DNA of 64,000 bases from a virus: the IMG/VR virus record IMGVR_UViG_3300021964_000015, one strand, 5' to 3'. Position numbers and translations under genes: made by a program. Shown here in pieces: positions 32,835-42,709 of the stretch (within the stretch, counting starts at the first letter, position 1; the number at the start of each line of letters is the position of its first letter). The notes below the pieces were generated by a model. That model saw only the letters and a list, made by a program, of their open reading frames with translations. It was not told the DNA's origin and ran no database searches.

Positions 32835-34715
32835 ATGGCAGACATTACAAGCAGCGAGGATTTGGTGCAATTGGGCCACAATTCTGGATATGGAATGCGT
32901 GCTGATGGTCTTCAGAATGTATTTACTGGCATGGGCACTAGTCGTGATAAAACGACTAGGACCACAGTTAAGCCAGTCACATTTATGGGGCATGAAGACC
33001 TTGAAGGTCTTTATGCGCATTGGTTGATGCGGCGCATTGTTGATCTAGTTGCAGATGAATGCACGCGAGAAGGATTTGAGATTTTATTTGGTGGTGAAGG
33101 CGTGAATGCAGAAACGCTTTCTGGCGTGGAGCAATCAATTGAAGATTTAGGCATTTTGCCCGCCTTTAATGAGGCGGCCAAAACATCACGACTTTATGGC
33201 GGCAGCGCACTTCTTTTGTACATCGATGATGGTCGTCCGTCTGATATGCCAGTGGACAAAAATAACATTCGTGCCGTTGAGGGCATGGAATGTTTGGACC
33301 GGCATCAAATTGCGCCAATCATTAGTGAAGATAGCCTCTATGACTATTCCAAGGCCACATATTATCAAATCATTTCAGGCGATTTAATTCAGCAGCCTAA
33401 TTTACGCGCCATTCATAAGGATAGGATTTTGCGTTTTGATGGCATTTGGTTGCCTTATCGCACCCGTCAGAAAAACTATGGATGGGGGATGAGTGTATTA
33501 CAAAGCGTGTATGAGAGCTTTAAGCATTACTACAGTGGCACTTCCTCCATTGCCACCCTTCTTACTGAATTTGACATTTTTGTGCACAAAGTGAGGGGCT
33601 TGGCTTCAATGCTTGCTGCTGGCAAGGAAAGTCAAGTGCGGGATAGGCTGCAGCTTAATGATATGAGCAAGAGCATTTATCGCGGCTATGCAATTGATGC
33701 GGAAAAAGAAGAGCTTGCTTTTGTTAGTCGTCAATTTGGTGGTGTTTCTGAAATCCTTGAAAAGCTAAGGATTGATATTATTGCTGCTTCTGGCATTCCA
33801 CACACATTGTTATTTGGCCAATCACCTTCTGGACTTGGTGCCACTGGTCGTAGTGAAGAACGTGATTTTGCAAAAGTTTGCCACCATTATCAGGAGACAA
33901 ATTTCCGGAAGCCATTGATGAAGCTGATGGAATACATCATGCTGAGCAAAAATGGCCCAACAAATGGTCGAATGCCAGACAATTGGCGAGTGAGCTTTAA
34001 GCCATTGTTTGAAATGAACGAAAGAGAGCTTGCTGACGTGAGAGCACGAGTGGCAGCAGTTGATGCTCGTTACATTCAAGTGGGAGTGCTTACGCCACAA
34101 GAAGTTGCTGATTCGCGGTTTGGAAAGAGCGAATACAGTATTGAGACCACCATTGATCCAAGTATTAAGCGGGAAATACCTGCAAAGGATGGTGGGAGCA
34201 GCGGCAAGATGGCAGTGCCTCCTGGTGGTCGTGATCCTTTGGATCAGGCAAATGGAAGCCTTCCAATGGATGGATCGCGTGATGCATCGCCTGACGCTTC
34301 GACGATGGATGAGGCTGGTTTGTATTTATCGAGAGATCTTGAAGCGGAACGCGGGGATGTTGAATTTAAAGACAAAGAGCTGCACAAAAAGGCAATTGCT
34401 GCAGCAAAGGCCAAGTTTAAGACTTGGCCTAGTGCAGTGGCTGGTGCTTATGTAACGCGAAAGTACAAAGAATTGTATAAGCGTAAGCATGGTTCATTGT
34501 CTGGTGCTTTCAAGGGTAAGAAGACCACTGCAGAGTATTTCAAGAAAGATGCCATCACTCCATTGAAGACTGAGGGCACCATTCTTGGTGGTATTGACGA
34601 AGCCGCGTTGATTTCCGAAGAGGACATCAATGCAGCATTGAATCAATGGAAACAGGAAGCTCCTGACAGGTTTAAGGACATCTTGGAGGCGGGTGATGTT
34701 GAGTCCGCTGAGTGA
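32835..34715 (+). CDS. portal protein (DUF1073-like) with C-terminal extension
   Basis: RRIVD..ADE.TREG, SRLYGG, IHKDRIL, WG.SVLQ, SGIP.TLLFGQSP.GL.ATG. Confidence 0.88.
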   Translation: MADITSSEDLVQLGHNSGYGMRADGLQNVFTGMGTSRDKTTRTTVKPVTFMGHEDLEGLYAHWLMRRIVDLVADECTREGFEILFGGEGVNAETLSGVEQSIEDLGILPAFNEAAKTSRLYGGSALLLYIDDGRPSDMPVDKNNIRAVEGMECLDRHQIAPIISEDSLYDYSKATYYQIISGDLIQQPNLRAIHKDRILRFDGIWLPYRTRQKNYGWGMSVLQSVYESFKHYYSGTSSIATLLTEFDIFVHKVRGLASMLAAGKESQVRDRLQLNDMSKSIYRGYAIDAEKEELAFVSRQFGGVSEILEKLRIDIIAASGIPHTLLFGQSPSGLGATGRSEERDFAKVCHHYQETNFRKPLMKLMEYIMLSKNGPTNGRMPDNWRVSFKPLFEMNERELADVRARVAAVDARYIQVGVLTPQEVADSRFGKSEYSIETTIDPSIKREIPAKDGGSSGKMAVPPGGRDPLDQANGSLPMDGSRDASPDASTMDEAGLYLSRDLEAERGDVEFKDKELHKKAIAAAKAKFKTWPSAVAGAYVTRKYKELYKRKHGSLSGAFKGKKTTAEYFKKDAITPLKTEGTILGGIDEAALISEEDINAALNQWKQEAPDRFKDILEAGDVESAE

Positions 34716-35358
34716 TAGTTGGCCGCGTTTCGATGCGGAATGGTCTTATGACGCAAATTTAGGGCGCTATCGGCGCCCTTCTGGTCAATTCATGAGCGAA
34801 AAGGCCGTCATGGCTTTGATTGATGGTCGTATTGACAAGCTGGGACAAGATTTGCGTCGCTTTACAGAAATGATGATTGATGGCAATATCACCATTGATC
34901 AATGGCAAGGTAGCGTTCGTGAAGCAATTAAAGCTGCACACATTCAAACAACAATTCTTGGTCATGGCGGAAGGGAAAGCATGGGAAGTGCGGAATATGG
35001 CCGCATTGGTCAAAGGCTTCGTGCGGAATATCGTTATCTACAGAATTTTGCTGGCGACATTTTGGCTGGCCGCGTTTCTGCTGCCATGGCTCTTGCTCGC
35101 GTGCAGCTATATGCTGAAAGTGTGCGAAGTTCTTACTGGGAAGGTGCCAGTAATCGTCAAGCCCAGCAAGGCTACTCTTTAATGCGTAGGATTTTGGATC
35201 CACAGGCTGCGCATTGTGATGATTGCGTGCGTTATGCAAGAGCAGGATTGGTGCCATTAGGAAGTTTGCCAATGCCTGGTCAGCGTTGTGAATGCAAAGC
35301 TAGGTGCAAATGTTCTGTGCAGTACAAAAGAAACGCTGTACCGAGTAGTCCTGTGTAG
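34693..35358 (+). CDS. MuF-like minor head protein
   Basis: Follows portal; C-terminal HCDDC...PG..CEC..RCKC. Confidence 0.7.
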   Translation: MMLSPLSDSWPRFDAEWSYDANLGRYRRPSGQFMSEKAVMALIDGRIDKLGQDLRRFTEMMIDGNITIDQWQGSVREAIKAAHIQTTILGHGGRESMGSAEYGRIGQRLRAEYRYLQNFAGDILAGRVSAAMALARVQLYAESVRSSYWEGASNRQAQQGYSLMRRILDPQAAHCDDCVRYARAGLVPLGSLPMPGQRCECKARCKCSVQYKRNAVPSSPV

Positions 35359-35395
35359 AAATGACGTCTAACATCATGCAAGACTTCATGGTGTT

Positions 35396-36592
35396 ATGGC
35401 AAAGATTTTGTATCACGGCGACGCAGCGGTGCAGACGGGATTTGGGCGAGTTGCTGAAAACCTGCTTCCCGAGCTAGCAAAGGAGCATGAAATTGTTGTA
35501 TGTGGAATCAATTGGTGGGGAGATCCCCATGATCTCCCTTATCGCATGTATCCAGCACATGCTGGTGGTTCCGATCCATTTGGTTCGCATCGTTTGCAGG
35601 AGCTTCTTGTGAAAGAGCGCCCTGATTTGGTGTTTGCCGTGAATGATATTTGGATTTTGAACAAGCTTTGGCGTGTGGCTAAGCCATTGAAAGAAAAGCT
35701 TGGCTTTAAGTGGTATGGATATTTTCCCACTGATAGCTATGGCTTTTTCCCAGAAGTGTTCAATGAATGCAAGGAATGGGATGGCATGGCTACTTACACT
35801 AATTTTGGTTTAGAGGAAGTGCGCAAAGCGGGGTGTGAAATGCCTTGTGACGTAATTCCTCATGGCATTAATCATTCGACATTCTTCCCGGTGAAGAAGG
35901 AAGAGGCACGTAAAGCACTTGGCCTTCCCGAAGATGCATTTTTTGTATTTAATGGCAACCGAAATCAACCACGTAAACGAATTGATTTGACCATCAAGGC
36001 ATTTATTAAGTTTGCTCTTGACAAGCCAGAGGCTCGACTGTGGTTGAATATGGGAGCAAAGGATCAAGGGTGGGATTTGATTCCCTTGTTTAAGCGTTTT
36101 TCTCGTGACTTTGGTTACGAGCCTACAGGCAAGTTGGTTTTAACCAGCAAGGATTTTGACGTGACAAACTGTCTTCCCATTGACAAACTAAATCTTGTTT
36201 ATAACGCTTGTGATATTGGCGTGAACACTTGCATTGGTGAAGGTTGGGGCCTTGTAAATTTTGAACACGCTGCAACTGGCGTGGCGCAAATTGTACCGGA
36301 CCACACATCGCTTAAGGAGATCTTCAATGAAATTCCTCGCATTCCCATTGAAAGCTGGGAGGTTGATTGCAATTATGGCCTTGACCGTGGCGTTCCTTCT
36401 GTCGATGGAATGGTGCAAATTCTTAATCACTACTACGAAAATCGCGAAGACCTTGAGAAAGTAGGCAAGTGGTGCTATTCTGCTTTGCAGCAGGAGAAGT
36501 ATCAATGGGAGAAGATTGGCGAGTCCGTGAGGACTATTGTCAACAACGTGCTGAAAGAAAGCACTGCTGGCAAGGGATTTGGTGATGCCTAA
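35396..36592 (+). CDS. GT4 (GT-B) glycosyltransferase
   Basis: TGFGRV, IPHG, NRNQPRKRID, EGWGLVNFE (E-x7-E). Confidence 0.9.
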   Translation: MAKILYHGDAAVQTGFGRVAENLLPELAKEHEIVVCGINWWGDPHDLPYRMYPAHAGGSDPFGSHRLQELLVKERPDLVFAVNDIWILNKLWRVAKPLKEKLGFKWYGYFPTDSYGFFPEVFNECKEWDGMATYTNFGLEEVRKAGCEMPCDVIPHGINHSTFFPVKKEEARKALGLPEDAFFVFNGNRNQPRKRIDLTIKAFIKFALDKPEARLWLNMGAKDQGWDLIPLFKRFSRDFGYEPTGKLVLTSKDFDVTNCLPIDKLNLVYNACDIGVNTCIGEGWGLVNFEHAATGVAQIVPDHTSLKEIFNEIPRIPIESWEVDCNYGLDRGVPSVDGMVQILNHYYENREDLEKVGKWCYSALQQEKYQWEKIGESVRTIVNNVLKESTAGKGFGDA

Positions 36593-37271
36593 GCGCAAAA
36601 TTAGAGTGGGAATTCCCACTCTTTCTTGTTATGACAAGCTTATTTATTTGTGCGATCATTTGTTGAATGATGAGCACCCCCGCTTAGAGGCGGAGGTGCT
36701 CATTTTGGACAATGGCGGGCGAATGCAAAATAGCGGAGCTATAAATGAGCTTGCGGAACTTTGCGATACGGAGAAATGGAAGGTTGCAGTGCCTCCGTAT
36801 AACTTAGGCGTTGCAAAATCTTGGAACTATCTTATTAATCAGTTGAATCAATGCATCATTTCCAATGATGACGTGGTGTTTGGACTGAATGACATTGAAA
36901 TGTTCTTGGAGGCGGCAGATGCAAATCCCGGCTCTATCCTTTTGGAGACGAATCATCCAGTTGGAGGTTTTTCTACTTTCTACGTGAATCGCCCAGAGCT
37001 TTGGCTGTCAATGGGAGGGTTTGATGAATTATTTGCGCCTGCTTATTTTGAGGACAACGATTGCCGTTGGCGCTTGCTTGTTGAGAATAATCCGGCAGTA
37101 AAAGTTAATCTTCCCTCATGGAGTCACGACAATTCAAGTACTTTACATCGCGGAGATGATCATTACAAGCGCATGCATTGGTGCTGCTTTGAAAGGAACA
37201 AAGCTTATTACCAAGTGAAATGGGGCGGACTGCCTGGCAAGGAACAATTTACAACAGCATTTAACAAGTGA
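36579..37271 (+). CDS. GT2 (GT-A) glycosyltransferase
   Basis: ILDNG, NLGVAKSWN, SNDD, GGFDE.F.PAYFEDND. Confidence 0.85.
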   Translation: MVMPKRKIRVGIPTLSCYDKLIYLCDHLLNDEHPRLEAEVLILDNGGRMQNSGAINELAELCDTEKWKVAVPPYNLGVAKSWNYLINQLNQCIISNDDVVFGLNDIEMFLEAADANPGSILLETNHPVGGFSTFYVNRPELWLSMGGFDELFAPAYFEDNDCRWRLLVENNPAVKVNLPSWSHDNSSTLHRGDDHYKRMHWCCFERNKAYYQVKWGGLPGKEQFTTAFNK

Positions 37272-37816
37272 TCATGGCTCATTACGAACAGCAGCAATTC
37301 ATGGGAGCAATGCGTTACTCCCTTCCATCGTTCTTTATTGGCGGAAGGATTGTTGAAATTGGCAGCCTTGACATCAATGGAAGCGTTAGGCGCTTTTTTG
37401 AAAAGCCAAAAGAATACATTGGCATTGATGTGGGCGCTGGTCCTGGTGTTGACGTGGTGTGTGAAGGGCAGAATTACGATGGCGCCACCAGTAGTTTTGA
37501 TGTGGCGGTTTCAGCGGAATGCTTTGAGCACAATCCGTATTGGAAAGAAACCTTCTCGAACATGGTGCGAATGGTTCGAGATGAGGGGCTTGTGCTTATG
37601 ACTTGCGCAACAACTGGACGCCCGGAACACGGCACGACAAGGAGTCATGCTGGAAGTAGCCCTTTAACAGTGGCGAAAGGATGGGAATACTATCAGAATT
37701 TGACAGAGGAAGATTTTGAAGATACTTTTGATTTGGAAAACATGTTTTCGGAATATTGTTTTAATGTGAATAAGAATAGTCATGATCTTTATTTTTGGGG
37801 GATTGTCAAAAAATGA
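37268..37816 (+). CDS. class I SAM-dependent methyltransferase
   Basis: VEIGSLDINGS, GID..GPGVD, FDVAVSAECFEH. Confidence 0.88.
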   Translation: MIMAHYEQQQFMGAMRYSLPSFFIGGRIVEIGSLDINGSVRRFFEKPKEYIGIDVGAGPGVDVVCEGQNYDGATSSFDVAVSAECFEHNPYWKETFSNMVRMVRDEGLVLMTCATTGRPEHGTTRSHAGSSPLTVAKGWEYYQNLTEEDFEDTFDLENMFSEYCFNVNKNSHDLYFWGIVKK

Positions 37817-38109
37817 CTGCCAAGCAACGCCAGTCCAAGATGCGTAAGGTGATGAAAGAGTTTGCTGCGGGCACCCTTAAAAGCAGCTCTGGTGAAGTGG
37901 TGAAAAACCGCAAGCAAGCACTTGCCATTGCATTAAGCGAAGCTGGTATGAGCAAGGGTGACAAGAGCGACGCTTATTGGGACGCTTACATTGATACGAT
38001 GTGTGGCTCTATGAGCAAGGAAAACGCAGAAGAGGAGATGGATGAAAGTGCTGGTGAAAAGCGCTGCAAAGGCTACTTGGCTGCGGTTAAGAAAAACAAG
38101 AAAAAATAG
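37813..38109 (+). CDS. DUF6496-like small basic protein
   Basis: KVMKEF..GTLKSSSG..V.NRKQALAIALSEA. Confidence 0.75.
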   Translation: MTAKQRQSKMRKVMKEFAAGTLKSSSGEVVKNRKQALAIALSEAGMSKGDKSDAYWDAYIDTMCGSMSKENAEEEMDESAGEKRCKGYLAAVKKNKKK

Positions 38110-38164
38110 GATCTTGGATTGTTTCCATAGGCAATTGTGCGTTTAAGATGCACAAAAAGCGAAG

Positions 38165-38488
38165 TTGCCAGTGGACAACATCAGAGTGGTCAGGGAAGAA
38201 GAGGATGGCATTAATGTGATGGAGGCGTTGCAGATTTTGTCTCGCAACGCTCATCGCAACACTTCTAGGTGGGAACTTGTTGAGAAGCAAGTGTTTAAAA
38301 ATGGGCGATTAGAGGAAACGCATGAATATGTGGTGAGTGAATATGACACGCCTGATCCACAATTTGAGCCTGGCAAGTTTTTAATTTTTGAAGCTGTTGC
38401 AATGGCAAAGGCTTACATCATGGAAGGCATTGAAGAGCAACTTGCTGCCATTCGTGGTGAGGATGATGATGACGATGATGAGGACTAG
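38165..38488 (+). CDS. hypothetical acidic protein
   Basis: 107-aa ORF with acidic tail. Confidence 0.65.
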   Translation: MPVDNIRVVREEEDGINVMEALQILSRNAHRNTSRWELVEKQVFKNGRLEETHEYVVSEYDTPDPQFEPGKFLIFEAVAMAKAYIMEGIEEQLAAIRGEDDDDDDED

Positions 38489-38767
38489 TTAGTCGTTTGT
38501 TGCATGAACAACAAACGACGGATAGCCCATAAGCCATAAAACGCTTAAGCCAAAAACGCCACTCATCACTTTGATTTGAGCAACATCTGGCGCGAGGATG
38601 CCATTTTCAATGCGGGAAATGGTTGCTTGGTCGCAGAATAATAATTCCGAGAGAGATTGCTGAGACAGTCCGCAGTTAAGGCGAGCGTCCCGCACTCGGG
38701 AACCTATGAGCATTTTGGCTTCAGCGAGTGAAGATTTGGGACTTTTTACCTTTCTGGAACCGAGCAT
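38489..38767 (-). CDS. XRE-family HTH regulator
   Basis: IGSRVRDAR..GLSQQSL....QATISRIENG..P. Confidence 0.88.
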   Translation of the reverse strand: MLGSRKVKSPKSSLAEAKMLIGSRVRDARLNCGLSQQSLSELLFCDQATISRIENGILAPDVAQIKVMSGVFGLSVLWLMGYPSFVVHATND

Positions 38768-38835
38768 TTTGCGTTTTTATGCAGACTAGCATATTAACTA
38801 CTATACTTTATAAATAAAGCCTTTACAGTATATGT

Positions 38836-40032
38836 ATGAGCACCACATCCTGCCGCTACGATTTTTCTCCCATTGAGAAATATGAAGTGACACCTGAAGG
38901 TTATCTTCGGGTGTGGGCTTCAATCGCTCGTACTGGTATTCAGCATTACACTGATGCTGATGGTTCTATCAGGAAGGAATACCGTCCTGAAACAGAAGTG
39001 GCGTCTCCGGAAAGCCTTGCCTCTTTTGCGGGGAAGGCAATCACTATGGAACATCCTCCTGTTCTTTTGGACAGTGAGAACACCAAAGATTACCAAATTG
39101 GCTTCACTGGTTCAGAAATTGTTTATGACAATGGCTTTGTTAAAGCTGTCATGACAGTTACTGATCGTGAAACCATTGAAAAGGTGACCAAAGGCGATGT
39201 TCGAGAAGTGAGCGCTGGCTACAGGGTTAATTATGATCCGACGCCAGGCGTTACCGATAGTGGCGAGCATTACGACGGCATCCAAAAGGAGATCAGTGGT
39301 AATCACGTTGCTATCGTTCGTCGTGGCCGTGCTGGCCCGCAGGTAAGGTTGCACTTGGATCGCCAAGATGCTGCTGACCCGTCTTTATTTTCTATTAAGG
39401 AAACCAAAACTATGAGCGCAAAAGTCGTTTTTGACGGCGCCGAGTTTGAGGTGAGTGAGAGCGTTGCTCTGGCGATCACCAAAGAACGCGAAGACGCCAA
39501 AATGTCCTACGAGGACATGAAAAAGAAGTACGACGAGCTGCAAGCTGCTGCTGATGCAATGAAGTCCGAAATGGATGACATGCATAAGGAGATGAAGTGC
39601 AAGAAAGATGCGGCTGATGGTCGCGCTGATGCACTGACTGAGCAAGTCGATTCCTTGAAGGCCGAACTGGAAGAAGCCAAGCAAATCAACGTTGATTCCA
39701 TCGTTGAAGAGCGTCTGGCTCTGATTTCCAAGGCTAAGCCTGTTCTTGATGCTGCCTATGAATTTGGCGGCAAAACTGCCCGTGAAGTGATGGTTGATGC
39801 CATCAAGGCTGTACGTGGCGATTCTGTTGCTTTGGACGAGCGTTCCGACGATTACGTTCTGGCAATGTTTGACACCATCTCTGAAGATGCTGCAAACCGC
39901 GCAGATTCGACTGAAGATCTGCGTAAAGCAGTGGCTTCCATTGCTACGCCTGCTTCTGCTCCTTCTTCTTACATTGAGAAGCTGCAGAATGCCTGGAAAT
40001 CCCCTCTCTCTGTCTCTAAGGAGGCTAAGTAA
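38836..40032 (+). CDS. DUF2213 prohead protease / scaffold
   Basis: TPEGYL, ARTGIQ.Y, IT.EHP, EVSAGY, NHVAIV.RGRAG, then coiled coil. Confidence 0.88.
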   Translation: MSTTSCRYDFSPIEKYEVTPEGYLRVWASIARTGIQHYTDADGSIRKEYRPETEVASPESLASFAGKAITMEHPPVLLDSENTKDYQIGFTGSEIVYDNGFVKAVMTVTDRETIEKVTKGDVREVSAGYRVNYDPTPGVTDSGEHYDGIQKEISGNHVAIVRRGRAGPQVRLHLDRQDAADPSLFSIKETKTMSAKVVFDGAEFEVSESVALAITKEREDAKMSYEDMKKKYDELQAAADAMKSEMDDMHKEMKCKKDAADGRADALTEQVDSLKAELEEAKQINVDSIVEERLALISKAKPVLDAAYEFGGKTAREVMVDAIKAVRGDSVALDERSDDYVLAMFDTISEDAANRADSTEDLRKAVASIATPASAPSSYIEKLQNAWKSPLSVSKEAK

Positions 40033-40035
40033 TCC

Positions 40036-40605
40036 ATGGCTGTTACCTTTACCACCAGCGCAGGTTCTGCAGGTGGCGTTCAGTCCAGCTATCCGCTGGA
40101 ACTGACTGCTGCACTGGAAGGCCAATTCGCTGACATTTCGGACAACAATGTTGCCACTTTCGTAAATGAAACTGGCGCCACTATTGCTTTTGGTGATCTG
40201 CTTGTTGTGAATGGTGCTGGCACCGTTGGCAACTCCGCCAAAACCATTGCTGCCACTGGCGACACCGTTGTGGGTGTGAATGCTCTCACCTACATCGAAG
40301 AGACTGTTCTTGATGCGAACAGCCGTCCCGGTGCTTCTAATGAGCAAGCTCTTAATGTGCTCAACAAAGGCGTGGTTGCTGTGTATGTGACCGGCGCTGT
40401 TGATTACACTTCGCCCGTTCGCGTGTACTACGTGACCAACACTGGCGCCACTGCTGGCGCACATCCTGGCCGCTTCTCGCATGCTTTTGTGAGCGGCAAG
40501 ACTCGCCGTCTTAGCGGCGCACGCTGGGTTTCCAAGACCACTGGTGCTGGCGTTGCTCTGCTGGAGCTGAACGGCCCTGATTTCACCCTCACCGCTGATT
40601 CCTGA
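40036..40605 (+). CDS. capsid decoration / cement protein
   Basis: Position between DUF2213 and capsid genes; Gly/Ala/Val-rich beta protein. Confidence 0.75.
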   Translation: MAVTFTTSAGSAGGVQSSYPLELTAALEGQFADISDNNVATFVNETGATIAFGDLLVVNGAGTVGNSAKTIAATGDTVVGVNALTYIEETVLDANSRPGASNEQALNVLNKGVVAVYVTGAVDYTSPVRVYYVTNTGATAGAHPGRFSHAFVSGKTRRLSGARWVSKTTGAGVALLELNGPDFTLTADS

Positions 40606-40617
40606 TAGGAGGACATA

Positions 40618-41532
40618 ATGAGCGAATTCCGTATGGACGAGGCTGGGCTGTTCCTTGAGCGCCAGCTTGAATACATCCGTCCCCAAGTATTTGAAGTCGA
40701 ATATGCCGACATCAAATATGCAACTATTCTGCCTGTGACTAGCGAAGCTGGTCCTGGTGCACAAACTTTCACCTATCGCATTATGGATGCGACTGGTGAC
40801 TTTAAGCTCATTTCTGACGCTGCTGATGATCTGCCGCGTGCTGATGTGAGCCAAACCGAGAAGAGCATCAACATTCGTTCTTTCGGTGGTTCGTTTGGTT
40901 ACACGGTGCAAGAGCTTCGTGCAGCACAAATGGCCAATGTGGCTCTTGAGCAACGTCGTGCTGCTGCAGTGCGTCGTGCTTATGAGGAGAAAGTGGAAGA
41001 AATCGCCATGTTTGGTGAGTCTTCTGTTGGCCTCGTGGGCTTCTTTAACAACCCCACTGTTGACGTTGTGTCGGCTGATAAGTGGTTCACTGGCGCTACC
41101 GCCACTGGCACCACTGCACAAGACATGCTGGATCTGCTGAATGAGGGCGTGACTGCCATCATCAATGGCTCCAACATGAAGGAGCAGCCTGATACCATCC
41201 TGATGGCATGGGAAGATTACAACCGCATTTCTATCACTCGTAATTCCGACTCTTCGGACATGACGGTGATGGAATACTTCCTGCGCACCAATCCATTCAT
41301 CCGTAATATTGAGCCCATCAATGAGCTTGATTCGGACAAGAGCAGCCTGAGCAAGAACCGTATGGTCATCTATCGTCGTGACCCCGGTAAGGTGCAACTG
41401 CACATTCCTCAGCCTCTGGAGCTGTTCCCGCCTCAACAGCGTGGTCTGGAATTCATCGTTCCTGCTCATGCTCGTGTGGGTGGCGTTTCTCTGTACTATC
41501 CGAAGAGCGTCATTTACATTCAGGCTCCTTGA
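40618..41532 (+). CDS. major capsid protein (DUF2184-like)
   Basis: FL.RQL.YI....FE..Y, DLPR.DV, RVGGV..YYP; strong codon bias. Confidence 0.88.
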   Translation: MSEFRMDEAGLFLERQLEYIRPQVFEVEYADIKYATILPVTSEAGPGAQTFTYRIMDATGDFKLISDAADDLPRADVSQTEKSINIRSFGGSFGYTVQELRAAQMANVALEQRRAAAVRRAYEEKVEEIAMFGESSVGLVGFFNNPTVDVVSADKWFTGATATGTTAQDMLDLLNEGVTAIINGSNMKEQPDTILMAWEDYNRISITRNSDSSDMTVMEYFLRTNPFIRNIEPINELDSDKSSLSKNRMVIYRRDPGKVQLHIPQPLELFPPQQRGLEFIVPAHARVGGVSLYYPKSVIYIQAP

Positions 41533-41599
41533 TAAGCCATTTATTGGCTTTTAAAAAAAGGACGGTTAGGCTAAGCAGCAGTTCTTTAGAACATCGCAA

Positions 41600-41986
41600 A
41601 TGTTTATCGCCTACCGTCCTGAACTTGAGAATCCGCCGCGAGAAGCCAGTTTTGGGGTGATTACGAAGCTTGGCGTGATCAACCTTGCTCCTGGTTTAAA
41701 CCAGGAAATTCCTGATGATCAATGGGAGGAAGCAAAAACGAACCCTACTGTTCAATCGCTTCTTCGCATTGGGGCAATTGAAGAAATGAAAGAACCAGTA
41801 CAAGTGGAAACTATTCCCAAGTCTGCTGAAAATCTTTCTCAACTTCCATTGACTCAAGCCATCCAGGCCATTGAACTTCTTCACGATGAGGAGAAACTCC
41901 GAGATTGGAAGAAGATTGAAGGTCGAGTGAGGGTGCGTAATGCAATCAATCGTCGTCTTGAAGCAATTCGCACAGGAAAAGCATGA
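41600..41986 (+). CDS. hypothetical head-associated protein
   Basis: L.PG.N N-terminus and helical E.R..V..AI..R C-terminus. Confidence 0.65.
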   Translation: MFIAYRPELENPPREASFGVITKLGVINLAPGLNQEIPDDQWEEAKTNPTVQSLLRIGAIEEMKEPVQVETIPKSAENLSQLPLTQAIQAIELLHDEEKLRDWKKIEGRVRVRNAINRRLEAIRTGKA

Positions 41987-42297
41987 CAGTCACCTATTCT
42001 GGCTTTTTAGAGCGCTTCCCTGAATTCAGTCCCCATCCATCGGGAATTGTGAACGGCGCCATTGAAAGTGCTACAGCTGATGTTTCGTCTGACATCTTTG
42101 GTGATCAAACTGACAGAGCTGTTCGTTTTCTTGCTGCTCACATTATTGCCATTCAACTTGCACAAATGGGCGTCATGATTGGCGCAACAGATGGCAAGGC
42201 ATATGGCAAAGGCTTAGATGCCACGTTGTATGGACAAGAATTTAAGCGTCTCACTGAAACTGCCTCAAATGCTTCAATTATTGGCTTTGTCGTTTAA
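41983..42297 (+). CDS. head-tail adaptor (DUF4054-like)
   Basis: F.ERFPEF, LAAH, T.YGQEF..L. Confidence 0.78.
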   Translation: MTVTYSGFLERFPEFSPHPSGIVNGAIESATADVSSDIFGDQTDRAVRFLAAHIIAIQLAQMGVMIGATDGKAYGKGLDATLYGQEFKRLTETASNASIIGFVV

Positions 42298-42686
42298 TGA
42301 CTAATCCTGCTCCGCCATTAGCTAATACCACTCTTGTATTTGCAGTGGCAAGCGGATATGCTGTTGATTCAGCCACGGGTAATTACGTTGAAATCACTGA
42401 TGATGTAACGTATTACGCGACATTGAAGCAAGTTAGAGACACTCGTTACGAACAGCGGATTGGGGCTGATGAAACTGCCATCTACATGAAAGGCAGATTA
42501 GTTAGCCCTCTAGCATTTTCGGGAGTGCCCCCTGGCAGTGTGGCTAAAGCCATCATTGAAAATCAGGAGGGGCGTTTTGAATTACTCCCTACGACCGAAA
42601 TGACTGACCATTACCGTCAGTTTTTGGGCACACCCATCCACGGCTACTTTAGAGTTGTGGGAGTAGGAAGTGTCCTTAATCGTTAA
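42297..42686 (+). CDS. putative head closure protein
   Basis: Synteny and size. Confidence 0.55.
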   Translation: MTNPAPPLANTTLVFAVASGYAVDSATGNYVEITDDVTYYATLKQVRDTRYEQRIGADETAIYMKGRLVSPLAFSGVPPGSVAKAIIENQEGRFELLPTTEMTDHYRQFLGTPIHGYFRVVGVGSVLNR

Positions 42687-42709
42687 TTACGCTCCTTCGC
42701 ATTGTTTCA

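Noticed and set aside
40030-40620. Readthrough fusion of protease, decoration and capsid genes (same frame)
   Set aside because: TAA and double TGA-TAG stops, and each downstream gene has its own GGAGG ribosome-binding site.
39385-41469. 694-aa antisense ORF
   Set aside because: Mirror of three highly biased head genes that happen to share one frame; no recognisable motifs.
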